Part shown: in pieces, positions 53,691-64,000 of the stretch
Layout: each line of letters begins with the position of its first letter
How positions within the stretch are numbered: the stretch's first letter is position 1
Notes under the pieces: model-generated
What the model was told of the DNA's origin: nothing
What the model saw: only the letters and a program-made list of their open reading frames with translations
The model's database searches: none
Position numbers and translations under genes: made by a program
Assembly (NCBI GenBank): GCA_964270895.1
Contig: OZ185435.1
Reading direction: 5' to 3' (one strand)
Source of the DNA: Podarcis filfolensis
Lineage: Eukaryota
Length of the DNA stretch: 64,000 bases

Positions 53691-54140
53691 TAAAATCATC
53701 AGCAGCAGCAGCATCTGGAGGAACCCAAAATCGGCAGAAGTGTGCCGAGTGCGACTCATCCTGCTTTTCAGTAGTGTGGCAAGGATGTTTTGTTCTGCAC
53801 GCCAGAATGCTAAGAAACAAACAACTCACTAAGAATGAGCACAGGGCTCAGCATTCCTAGGGCTGCCATACTTCAGAATGAAAGAGTGGGTCACATCATT
53901 GAGCACTTTCCCATACCGCAGTAAGTTGCTGTTTCTGGAAAACTAGGGCGCCAAGTTAGGAAGGTTCTAGCCCAACCTTCTCTGTGGTGAGCTGGTTTCC
54001 TGTAAGATGGTCTTCTCTTCTAATATCTGGTTTAGAAGCTGTGGGCTATATCTCCCAATTCAGATGCTCCGTTCCCTGCTTGTTAAATAAGAGTTTAGCA
54101 GCCAAGAATGAGCAGTGAGACCCCTCTCGCCTCTCTCAGG

Positions 54141-54390
54141 CCCTTTTATTTAAAATGCATCCTTTTATTTGTGTCCTTTTATTTAAAATGCATCTCTGGG
54201 TTATTTGTGGGGCCTGCCTGGTGTTTTTACATGAGTAGAATGTGTGCTTTTATTTAAAACGCATCTCTGGGTTATTTGTGGGGCATAGGAATTCTTGCAT
54301 TATTATTATTTTTCCAAAATATAGTTTGACGTCCCCACAAGGTCTGAGGGACAGTGGACTGGCCTCCCTCTGAAAAAGTTTGCTGACCCC
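54141..54390. mobile_element. hAT/Charlie-like MITE, reverse, truncated, with internal duplications
   Basis: Reverse complement of the 46268 copy (aaaagtttgctgacccc end). Repeats the ttttatttaaaatgcatc unit. Confidence 0.7.
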
Positions 54391-55179
54391 CGAATTATAC
54401 CAGTTAGTCATTCTGTCCAAAATTGGGGTACTAGGGTTTCACGTTAGTTTCCTAACTAGGTTCTTAAGCCAACTTCAAACTGTTCTAGTAAATTGACATG
54501 GTCAGAGCCAGCTAAGTCATACTCAGAGTTCAATGTCATACTCAGAGTTCAATGTGAGGTGACTGGGTACTTTCTTTCTGAGATGGAAGGCCAACTGAGG
54601 CTTAACATGGACCACTCGGATCTACTGAAAACTTTATGTATCCGTTCCCTCAGTGCAAAAAATCTCTATCATGAATTATGTTTGCAGAAAGTGTTTTGAC
54701 TGGCTTGCAAATGTCACTGTGTATGCCGAGTTGCAAGCAACACGAATACTGTCTTTAGGCAGCGAAATGTTGTCGTCTATTGGACTATATACCATCCGGT
54801 GAGAAGATGAAATTACCAATAGTCATAATTAAGTGGCCTGAGACAGATATAAGTGGCAGGTTGACACTTAACCCACCACAAACAGAACATCCATTTAGCA
54901 ATGTAGGCAAATATAGAAGTTCTTCTGTGTTTCAATCTTTTTTTTTTTTGCATTCCGTTAAATATATTTAATTGTGCTGCAACTGCTTTGCATTTAGAAG
55001 ACCCTTGGGTTGTACCCCAAGGTTAAGTATTGGGAATAATATATCCTAACTGTAAGAGCAGCTCAATAAGAGCTCAATCTACCTTTTGAAAGATTATGAA
55101 ATCAACTTCCTTGGAAGCTCGAACAGGAAAAAAGAGGAGCTGTTGTGAGGGGGCGTTTGTTGTGGGTGCTCTAAGTATA

Positions 55180-55658
55180 TACAGTGGTACCTTGGTTCTC
55201 GAACTAAATCCATTCCGGGAGTCCGTTTGACTCCCAAAACCATTCGAAAACCAAGGCGCGGCTTCCGATTGGCTGCAGGAGCTTCCTGCACTCAAGCGGA
55301 AGTCGCGTCGGATGTTCAGCTTCTGAAAAACACTCATAAACTGGAACACTTACTTCCGGGTTTGTGGCGTTCGGGAGCCAATTTGTTCGACAACTAAGAC
55401 TTTTGAGAACCAAGGTACAGTAGTACCTCAGGTTACATACGCTTCAGGTTACAGACTCCACTAACCCAGAAATAGTGCTTCAGGTTAAGAACTTTGCTTC
55501 AAGATGAGAACAGAAATCGTGCTCTGGCGGCGCGGCGGCAGCAGGAGGCCCCATTAGCTAAAGTGGTGCTTCAGGTTAAGAACAGTTTCAGGTTAAGAAC
55601 AGACCTCCGGAATGAATTACGGTAAGTACTTAACCCGAGGTACCACTGTACCACTGTA
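55180..55658. mobile_element. Family A MITE with a family B MITE nested in its right TIR
   Basis: Left TA|CAGTGGTACCTTGG. The right TIR is split as CCAAGG-TA-[B]-TA-CCACTG|TA. Confidence 0.85.
55418..55648. mobile_element. Tigger/pogo-like MITE family B (nested)
   Basis: CAGTAGTACCTCAGGTTAC ... TAACCCGAGGTACCACTG with TA on both sides. Near-identical to the 59793-60038 copy. Confidence 0.9.
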
Positions 55659-56080
55659 TGTTCCTATTGTTGGCAAAGGGGTGGACTCTTGTCATTCTTC
55701 CAGCTATATGATTCTAGGAGGACTGAAGATAATACTAAGATTTCAATTAAATTTAGCCTTTATAAAGGAAGTAACTGAGGGCTCACCAGACCACACTATT
55801 TGACACACCTTTTGGTATAAAAACAGAGATGTCTATAGAGTTGTTTAATTGAATGGTGACAAAAGCTTGGATTCTCAAACAAATACATCTAAAGATTTAA
55901 AACTACATATCAAATTCACAAGAAAAATCCACTGGTATTCTTTAAAAAAAGATGGGTATTGTATTGGCATTCTTGCGTTTATGATACTGCGTATGACAGG
56001 CAGCCTGACTCGAAACATAGAGTCCAGCGTATCTGAACATTTGTACCCAGCAACAACTTTCTACCAACCTTTAAAAAATA

Positions 56081-56270
56081 GGGGGGTTGGACTAGATCAG
56101 GCTTCCTCAACCTCGGCCCTCCAGATGTTTTGAGACTACAATTCCCATCACCCCTGACCACTGGTCCTGCTAGCTAGGGATCATGGGAGTTGTAGGCCAA
56201 AAACATCTGGAGGAAGCCTGGACTAGATTGCCTTCATGGTCCTGTCCAACTCTAAAATTCTATGGTTCTA
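56081..56270 (+). mobile_element. CR1 3' tail interrupted by a hAT MITE
   Basis: gggttggactagat ... ggtcctgtccaactctaaaattctatggttcta is the CR1 terminus, split by the insertion at 56098-56220. Confidence 0.7.
56098..56220. mobile_element. hAT MITE
   Basis: TIRs CAGGCTTCCT / AGGAAGCCTG. 8-bp TSD gactagat at 56090-56097 and 56221-56228. Confidence 0.9.
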
Positions 56271-57111
56271 CAATACTGGCTTCCCAGCTATTCCATTGGC
56301 GCCACACACACTTGAAGCTCTTCTGGATTGGTGTGCAGCAAATCTGAGCTTAAGCCCAAGAGACTTTCAAAATACCGCTCTTGCAATCACTTCGGCAGCG
56401 GACAAGCTTGAAGCCACAGCAGCTCCTTTCGAAATATAATTTCCCGTCTTAGAATTCCATCCGTCTAAGCCACTGAAACCTGCTGTTTGCAAAGTGCTGG
56501 AGACAAACATCTATTTCTAGTACCTCAGCAATTCATTATTATGCATAAATTCTACCTCACAATACTTGAAAACAAAGAGAACAGCAAGCAAAGCATAATT
56601 CCTTTCTTTCTTAATAAAAAACCAAACCAAAAAACCCCCACCCTATAATAAAACGCTGCCTGTTTTAATTACATTTGAGGGGTTGATTCAGTTCTCCTTG
56701 GCCAAAATAGCAACTGATTTGGGATGGTTTCCTGAACCTTGCTGGAGCCTTTGTAGTAGTGAAAAGCCGTAAGTTACGTACACTGATGTTTCGCTCCATT
56801 TGTTTACCGTTTTTAATAAACACCTCTTCCATAAAACCAGGGTTTTAAAAAACCCAAACACTCCCCCCCCCCCAAAAAAAAACCCAATGAAAAACAACAA
56901 CACCCTGCTGTGTTAGCAACCCCTCTCTTCCCTGGTTTCCACTTGGCTGTGACTCCCTTGACCCAAGGCTGGGGCCATTGTTAAGGCTATAACACATTTA
57001 CATATTTTGCAATAAAACATCAGTTATTTGCATTACTGTGTCAAGTTTTATTTGATTCTTTCACCTAAAAATGACTCATTTTCCTTTCTTGTATTTTTTT
57101 TTTCCAAAAAA

Positions 57112-57723
57112 NNNNNNNNNNNNNNNNNNNNNNNNNNNNNNNNNNNNNNNNNNNNNNNNNNNNNNNNNNNNNNNNNNNNNNNNNNNNNNNNNNNNNNNNN
57201 NNNNNNNNNNNNNNNNNNNNNNNNNNNNNNNNNNNNNNNNNNNNNNNNNNNNNNNNNNNNNNNNNNNNNNNNNNNNNNNNNNNNNNNNNNNNNNNNNNNN
57301 NNNNNNNNNNNNNNNNNNNNNNNNNNNNNNNNNNNNNNNNNNNNNNNNNNNNNNNNNNNNNNNNNNNNNNNNNNNNNNNNNNNNNNNNNNNNNNNNNNNN
57401 NNNNNNNNNNNNNNNNNNNNNNNNNNNNNNNNNNNNNNNNNNNNNNNNNNNNNNNNNNNNNNNNNNNNNNNNNNNNNNNNNNNNNNNNNNNNNNNNNNNN
57501 NNNNNNNNNNNNNNNNNNNNNNNNNNNNNNNNNNNNNNNNNNNNNNNNNNNNNNNNNNNNNNNNNNNNNNNNNNNNNNNNNNNNNNNNNNNNNNNNNNNN
57601 NNNNNNNNNNNNNNNNNNNNNNNNNNNNNNNNNNNNNNNNNNNNNNNNNNNNNNNNNNNNNNNNNNNNNNNNNNNNNNNNNNNNNNNNNNNNNNNNNNNN
57701 NNNNNNNNNNNNNNNNNNNNNNN
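57112..57723. other. Assembly gap (612 N)
   Basis: Run of N. The overlapping ORFs are artefacts. Confidence 1.
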
Positions 57724-58426
57724 CAAGAGGTTATTGATGGAATTTTGAGGGAGAGTTTCTTGCAGATTTCTTCTTTTTTTTTTAGGGTTTTTATCGTTTA
57801 TTTATTTATTATTATTATTATTAAATCTCTCTATCTATTTCCCTTTCCTTCTCTCTCTCTCTTTCTCTCTCTCTCCTGGGACAAAGCAGTGGTGGGTCAT
57901 GACACTATATATAAAGAAGAGAAGCAAATTAACCATACTTGTGTTATCTCCCTTTAAATCGGGCATAATAAAATGTAGTGTAGCAGAGTTAGCCTTAATG
58001 ATAAATAACCCAGGTGCTCACACTATAGAAGTTCCAACTCTTATTGCCTTTAAAACAGCAGGTTTCAGCAGCTGAGATAGATAATAGCAGAGAATGTAAA
58101 GGAGCTACTGGGAGCTTAAATTATCAACATGCTACGACTTTTAATACCAGCATGATCAGGCTTTTCCTTTCCCCCATGTTTGTTTTATCTTACATTACAT
58201 CTTATATTTTTCAATACCCAGTTGCCTGCTATGATGGCACTTCCATTTTTTCCTCTCATTTATCTTCCTTTTCTGTTTCTCCTTTAGTTTGCTGTAACTC
58301 TTGAATTAAATAATAATAATACGTTCTAATTTATAAAATTCATATTTTGAATATAGGCCTTCTTCAAAACTGATTATCCCTCCCCCCCCTCAAAAATAGT
58401 TACGAATCTTCTGCAACGTAAAATAT

Positions 58427-58533
58427 TACATTGGTACCTCGGGTTACATACGCTTCAGGTTACAGACTCCTCTAACCCAGAAATATTACCTCGGGTTAAG
58501 AACTTTGCTTCAGGATGAGAACAGAAATCGTGC
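58427..58533. mobile_element. Family B MITE, truncated (left ~105 nt only)
   Basis: Matches the left end of the 59793 copy up to GAACAGAAATCGTGC, then stops. Confidence 0.8.
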
Positions 58534-58851
58534 AAATTCTATGACTTCACACTGGGGTTCAGATAATGTATGTGAGGGAAAGTCACCATGTTCAGGAAGC
58601 ACCTTGAGTTTTTAAAAGCCTCACCACCAGTACAGATTTGATCATTTGTGGAGGGGATAATGTTTCATAATTGCTTTCTCCTTCCACAGCCACTTTCAAA
58701 ATCTCCAGAATTTTTGGTTGGTTTTAGTGTTTGCCTTATTATTATTGCTTTTCACAATTGCTTCCTCAGATTTTAAAGAATGTCATAATGTATAATTTGC
58801 TGCTACAAGCTTCTGTCTTGAGACCTTTGGCAATTAGGATGGGATTTCATA

Positions 58852-58852
<1 letters not shown>

Positions 58853-58894
<42 letters not shown>

Positions 58895-58940
58895 TTTTTT
58901 TATTTATATCCCGCCCTCCCCAGCCAAGACCGGGCTCAGA
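58853..58940 (-). mobile_element. L2-type 3' tail, very short, (TAA)n
   Basis: (AAT)n followed by tttatatcccgccctccccagcc ... gggctcag. Confidence 0.6.
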
Positions 58941-59792
58941 TGACATAATACATCCCTAGCTTCTTTCAATATTAAATAATGATATAATACAAATGTCTAT
59001 ATGAAATAATAAAATAATACTGCTTTGCGGAGTATTCTGCTTCCTATCTTAGTAACACATACAATAATGTGAGGGAGGCTAATAATCGTTCACACAACAT
59101 GGTAAACCACGGTTTACCACTGCATGGATGAAGTTGAGCAAAGCAACATTTCCTCATGGGCTTCTCTTATGGGTTGTTTGGCTCCAAAGTATGAGGATTT
59201 TGGCTTTCACATTACATTAGAACCAGAGATAAAACAACTCTGCCTAATTAAACATGCACGCTTCACGACTCGTGATTTGAAGTTGGCTTGTGTTGAAAAT
59301 GGCCAGAGTTTGTTTTAAACCTGATCTCTGCTTTGAACAGAACGCTAAGCTGGGATTCTTTTTTTTAAAAAAAACCTTCTTCTTTTCCAGTTGAGCTAAT
59401 TCTGGCTCAGCCACATAGCCCTAAACCATGGCTTAGCATTGCGAATAAATGCAACCAATCTCTGTTGCTGCACCTCTTCTCTCTCATAGCTCATGAAGGG
59501 TGAAATCATTATGCACAATAGTTCTTTGGCACAGGAGAGCAGGGGTCAAAGGGGGTCGGCGACCCACAGCTCCTTCTTCTGGATCTAAAGAACTAATGGA
59601 CAGCGCCGCTTCTGGTCCACTATTAATAGTATGAAGCTATCAGATCTGTTTAAACTGTCAGAGTAAGAGATGCCATGGTTTTTACATCATGGCTTTACAT
59701 ATAGTTTTTGCTAAGTAGCAAGTGTAGTTTTTTAGTCTGAATTGTGAGAAATGATGGGGAAACTTTGCAAACCTATAAAACAAACAAAACAT

Positions 59793-60038
59793 TACAGTGG
59801 TACCTCAGGTTACATATGCTTCAGGTTACATACGCTTCAGGTTACAGACTCCGCTAACCCAGAAATAGTACCTTGGGTTAATAACTTTGCTTCAGGATGA
59901 GAACAGAAATTGTGCTCCGGCGGCGCGGCAGCAGCAGGAGGCCCCATTAGCTAAAGTGGTGCTTCAGGTTAAGAACAGTTTCAGGTTAAGAACGGACCTC
60001 CGGAACGAATTAAGTACTTAACCCGAGGTACCACTGTA
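59793..60038. mobile_element. Tigger/pogo-like MITE family B, complete
   Basis: TA|CAGTGGTACCTCAGGTTA ... TAACCCGAGGTACCACTG|TA. Confidence 0.9.
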
Positions 60039-60387
60039 TAGCTTCCATTCTTCCATGTGAAATTCTCCATGGGGATCTTCAATTAGCAAACCCTTTTCAA
60101 TGTGATTTTGTTGTTTGTGGGTGTTGTTTCTTAGACTAAGGTTGCAGTCCTAATGTAGGAGGTAGGCCCTGTGAAGATGACTGAACAACCTTACACAAAG
60201 TCCTTCTGGGTTTTTGCCGGCAGTGCAGAGAAGTCCTCTTTCTCCCCTCCATCCTTTTTCATGATTTTATTCTTTAAAATAACTTGTTTCCCTCCCAATA
60301 GAAACAATGGGGAGAGAAATCAGGAGAGATTTATGGTAGCTTCTGAGCCTCTCTCTAAACCTCTCTCTAGCTCAGAGGTGGGGTAGG

Positions 60388-60924
60388 TGTGAGGTGATCA
60401 GGAAGGCTTGGGACGAAACTTCCTATGTGTAACTTGAGATGGAGTAGAAAGAACCAGAACCACAGGCTGGCGACCATCTTGTCTCCTCTTGTCTCTATCG
60501 ACGCCATCTTAACAACAGCACTACTAAGATGCACCCTTGGCTCCAGGCCAAGAGAAGAAAAGGGGGGCTTTCTCCCATAAGGAGATAGTCACCACATTTA
60601 AACTATGTTCTAACCTTTTAAGTCTGGCTTCTGGGAACCTCTGTGTGAACAGATGATTACTTGTGAGTAAACGTTTTATATGGAAGACTGTGTAGCATCT
60701 TATTTTAGGAGGGATTAAACAGGGAAAATACCAGGAAATATTTACAGAGACTCTAATGAGTCTGAGCAGGCTATCTGCTGTGTGTTTAAAAAGGGGGAAT
60801 GTTAACTCTGCTGATTTTGTTGAACTTGTAAAGACAAGTTGGGATAGGATATCTTAGACAATATATCCTCCCCCGCATCCCTAAACAATCCCACAGAGCC
60901 AGGGTGTAGTAAGCTTCTGCAACA
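60388..60924. mobile_element. Possible solo LTR
   Basis: TGTGAG...GCAACA termini. Flanks gtagg / gtggg (one mismatch). AGTAAA inside. Weak support. Confidence 0.3.
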
Positions 60925-61296
60925 GTGGGAAGTCAGGATCTCCTTCTCTCTTGTTGGAGCTTTCTATTCAATGGAGAGGGAGTCCTGCTGTATCCTGAGG
61001 CCTCTGGGTCACCTTCCCAGGAACCACAGGATGGCAGATTTAATTTCTGATATGCTGCATGATGCTTTTTGTGGAAGGTGTGTCTGTGTTAACATAGAAC
61101 GGAGAAGCTGTGGTCCTCCAGTCGTTGCTGGACTCCAGTCATGCCTAGCCAGTAAAACCAAGGGTCCAAGATGAGGAGAGTTGCAATGTAGCATCTCAAG
61201 GGCCACAGGTGGCCCATCCTTATACACACATGGGGTTAAGTTCCCATTGTAACCAGAGTGTCTTCTCAGTAAACATGGTTAAGATTGCACTGTGCT

Positions 61297-61580
61297 CAGG
61301 GGCATAGCATGGGCGGTGCTAGGGGGCGTGGCCCCTGGGTGCACAATTCTTGAGGGTGTGTAAACCATGCGCCCACAGCGCCCAGTGCTCCTCTTTGCGC
61401 ACCAAGGGCTGTATCGGCCGGCTGGGCTCCCCCCTGAACAGGGGGCAGGTGGCTCAGCATGGTCCCACTTTGCTCTGGTGGTGGTGGGGTTGCTCCGTCG
61501 GTGGCGAGGACTGGGCTGGAGTTCCCCGCCCAGCGCATGCATGCCCACCCCGGGCACTGGCAACTGAGGCTACGCTACTC
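61297..61580. mobile_element. Degenerate GC-rich hAT-like MITE
   Basis: CAGGGGCATAGC ... GCTACGCTACTC termini resemble the 35922 family. No TSD. Confidence 0.45.
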
Positions 61581-62654
61581 CCATATTTCAGGTTGTGCCT
61601 GGGGCTATAACTGCAACTTAACAGAGGACCTCTAATTATTTCAGGTCTTGGATTTTGTTTTGTTTTTAATCTTACCACATATTCAGTGACTCTGCTGAGG
61701 CCTTGTTTTCCATTTTCCAAATTCTCAACAACATCTTTGCAAAACATTTACATTCTTTCTGCCCCAAGCTCTTTGTAGCGATAGCGCCATTTCCCAGCAC
61801 AGTAAAATTAACTATGGTCGCTGTACCATTGCCTGTTATTCATCTCCTGCGGAGCAAGGTCAAGTTACAGTATTTTATATGTATCTGAATTTCTGTATTT
61901 TTGCCACTGTAAAGTAGACCATCCTGCGACATGAAACCATTGAGGGTCAAGTAGCCATAGCCTGGCCCTTTTCGTTTTGAGATGTATTGAAGCTTGTGGG
62001 TTGATGTAGAGATACCGTACAAGGGGAAATATATATATTTGAGCTCACATGCAGGTTTTCAGGGCGCGTAAGATAAAATGGAAAGCAAGGTGACTAAAAA
62101 GTGAACACATATAACCAATTCTAAATTGAATATAGTTAATTATGTAATCTTATATTAAACTTCCAAAATGGTACTGCTCTGTCATATGATGGCAGCAACA
62201 TAGCTTTATTTTAGATTCCCCTAAATATTTGTCCTTGGGCTGACTGCTTAAGAAGTAACGGGTCAATGCTAACCAGAGTCAAAAGCCTTTTTTGACGGCA
62301 GATACAGCAGCAAGGCCCCTGGAGAGTCATGAAGTAGCTGGGGTCATTTTCTGGCAGCTATGCCTAATTATCATGACTACAGTGATACAAGTTAATATGA
62401 GTTATTCCCATACAGAAAGAAGACTGGTCCATCTGCTTAAAGTTTTGCTGAAACTGATTTTAAAAAAATCAAAAACATATGAAAACATAATAATGAATAA
62501 GAGCCCAAATATTTTATATTTATGTCAACTGCATGGACTTAGGAATAAGAACATTTTACAGGGATTCAATACAAAACATCGTCTTTGCTGTTAAATCACG
62601 TGGAATGTCTTTTCATTGCCATTTTAGCGTTTGTTAAGGATATATATATCCCTA

Positions 62655-63111
62655 AGGAAGTCAGACTATCCTCCACCAGGGCCAGGGCCTTTTCAGTGAT
62701 GGCTCTGACCTGATGGAATGCTCTGTCCCATGAGACTAGGGCCCTTCAGGATTTAACCTCCTTCCACCTGGCCTTTAATTTGAATTCAGCCTGATCTTTT
62801 ATTTCCCTTCTCTTCCCTCCCCCTCCCCTTTTATGAAGATTACCCGCTCTGAGACCTCACAGCTAATTCTCCCCTGGCCTCCTCGCTGGCCCAAGTAGGA
62901 CTAATTCTACCAGCTAGCCCTGGTGACTATCTAATGCTTATTAGATGGATTTTCCCCAAATTGATTTTTGAACTTTGAATTTTATTGTTATTCATGTTTA
63001 TACTGTATTTTATGCTGCTTCTGCAATGTGTTTTAAATTTGTTGTTAGCCGCCCTGAGCCCGGTTTTCTGAACCGGGAAGGGCGGGGTATAAATAAAAAA
63101 ATATTATTATT
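62655..63111 (+). mobile_element. L2 3' fragment (subfamily of 30401)
   Basis: accagggccagggccttttcagtg ... gccgccctgagcccgg ... gggcggggtataaataaa terminus. Confidence 0.8.
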
Positions 63112-63973
63112 ATATAGTAAAAATTTATTCTCAATGTTCTGTTTTTCTTTGCTGTACCGTGCACAAAAAGAGCAGGTTTGGTGTGGTGGTTGTAGGACTT
63201 GGACTAATGACATTTTGGTTTGAATCCATGTTAGAAGATCACTAAAGTTGTTTTCACACACAGAACTCTTTAGTGATGCTAAGGGGTTGCTTTTCTATAA
63301 TTAGCTGGAAGCCAGTTTAAAACATTGGTTACCCACAGCTTTTAATACACTGCAATATCAATGCCCTTCCCAGTGGCCAAGGCCCCTCTGTAATGTTTTC
63401 TCACAAGTCCTTCCTAATGTTAATTAAAAGGTTCCTCTTTCCTTCTTCTTTTCATTTCATTGCTTCCTGTTGATCACAGCTGAAGGAGTAATGCTGAAGA
63501 AACTAATGTCAGTCCAATGTCAGTCCTAACTGAGTCATCATTAATACCTACTTCCACCATCAGCAGAAAACAGGCAACAAAATGTAATTAAAGGCACAAA
63601 AGCACCCCAAAGCCTGAATGATGCACAATATAATTAAAGGCACAAAAGCCTTGGCCACATTAGATTGCTGGTGTGGCAACTCTCTGGTTCCCTTCTTTTT
63701 CTTCTTTATTAATCGTTTTTTAAAAACACGAGGTATCAATGTAGAAAACAGTGGACTGCAATTACTTGTCACCAGCATTGTCTGACTTCTCTGTAAAATG
63801 TGGATGAAGACAGGGTGGGCTGTGGGTGAAACACCTTGGGTGGCTGAGCCAGTCACCACATCCTTGTGTGATAGGGATAAAATGTGGAACGGCCAGTGAT
63901 GTTGCCCTGAACAGCCGAGAGGAAGGAAGGGACGGTTTTTTTATTATCTTTGCTGGATTTGAAATTCTTTTAG

Positions 63974-64000
63974 TTGTTGTTGTTGTTGTTGTTGTTGTTG
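63974..64000. repeat. (GTT)n microsatellite running to the window end
   Basis: Seen directly. Confidence 0.9.

Noticed and set aside
54518-54556. 19-nt tandem duplication tcatactcagagttcaatg
   Set aside because: An isolated slippage-type duplication with no further structure.
51678-64000. ZAK-alpha exon 17 not found; considered whether it is lost or hidden in the gap at 57112-57723
   Set aside because: As I recall this intron is long in mammals, so the exon is probably beyond the window. It cannot be decided here.

Overview
This is vertebrate genomic DNA, not prokaryotic. The repeat content (Sauria SINE, BovB, L2, CR1, Tc1/mariner and hAT MITEs) points to a squamate, probably a lacertid lizard (inference). 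The window covers the middle of MAP3K20 (ZAK/MLTK) on the + strand. I recognised it by manually splicing short exons that the ORF track mostly misses. Exon numbers are inferred from the exon lengths of the human gene as I recall them. Visible are kinase and leucine-zipper exons 5, 6, 7, 9, 10 and 11, the ZAK-beta terminal exon (38749-39123) with a probable ~5 kb 3'UTR, and ZAK-alpha exons 12-16 (SAM domain onward). The 87-nt kinase exon 8 is not visible and most likely lies in the N-gap at 7825-8402. The rest is TE-rich intron. The most unusual structures are: (1) a complete 2.1 kb TSD-flanked L1-derived element with a coiled-coil ORF1-like frame and only the tail of ORF2 (no EN/RT; half-L1-like); (2) a BovB insertion made of an inverted 5'-region piece fused to the 3' end, bounded by one 12-bp TSD (twin-priming-like), 36 nt from a splice donor; (3) an inverted duplication of a Sauria SINE plus its unique flank; (4) candidate muscle regulatory signals around the alpha/beta isoform switch. 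Almost all ORFs in the supplied track are spurious or are TE remnants. No prokaryote-type system (CRISPR, operon) is present.
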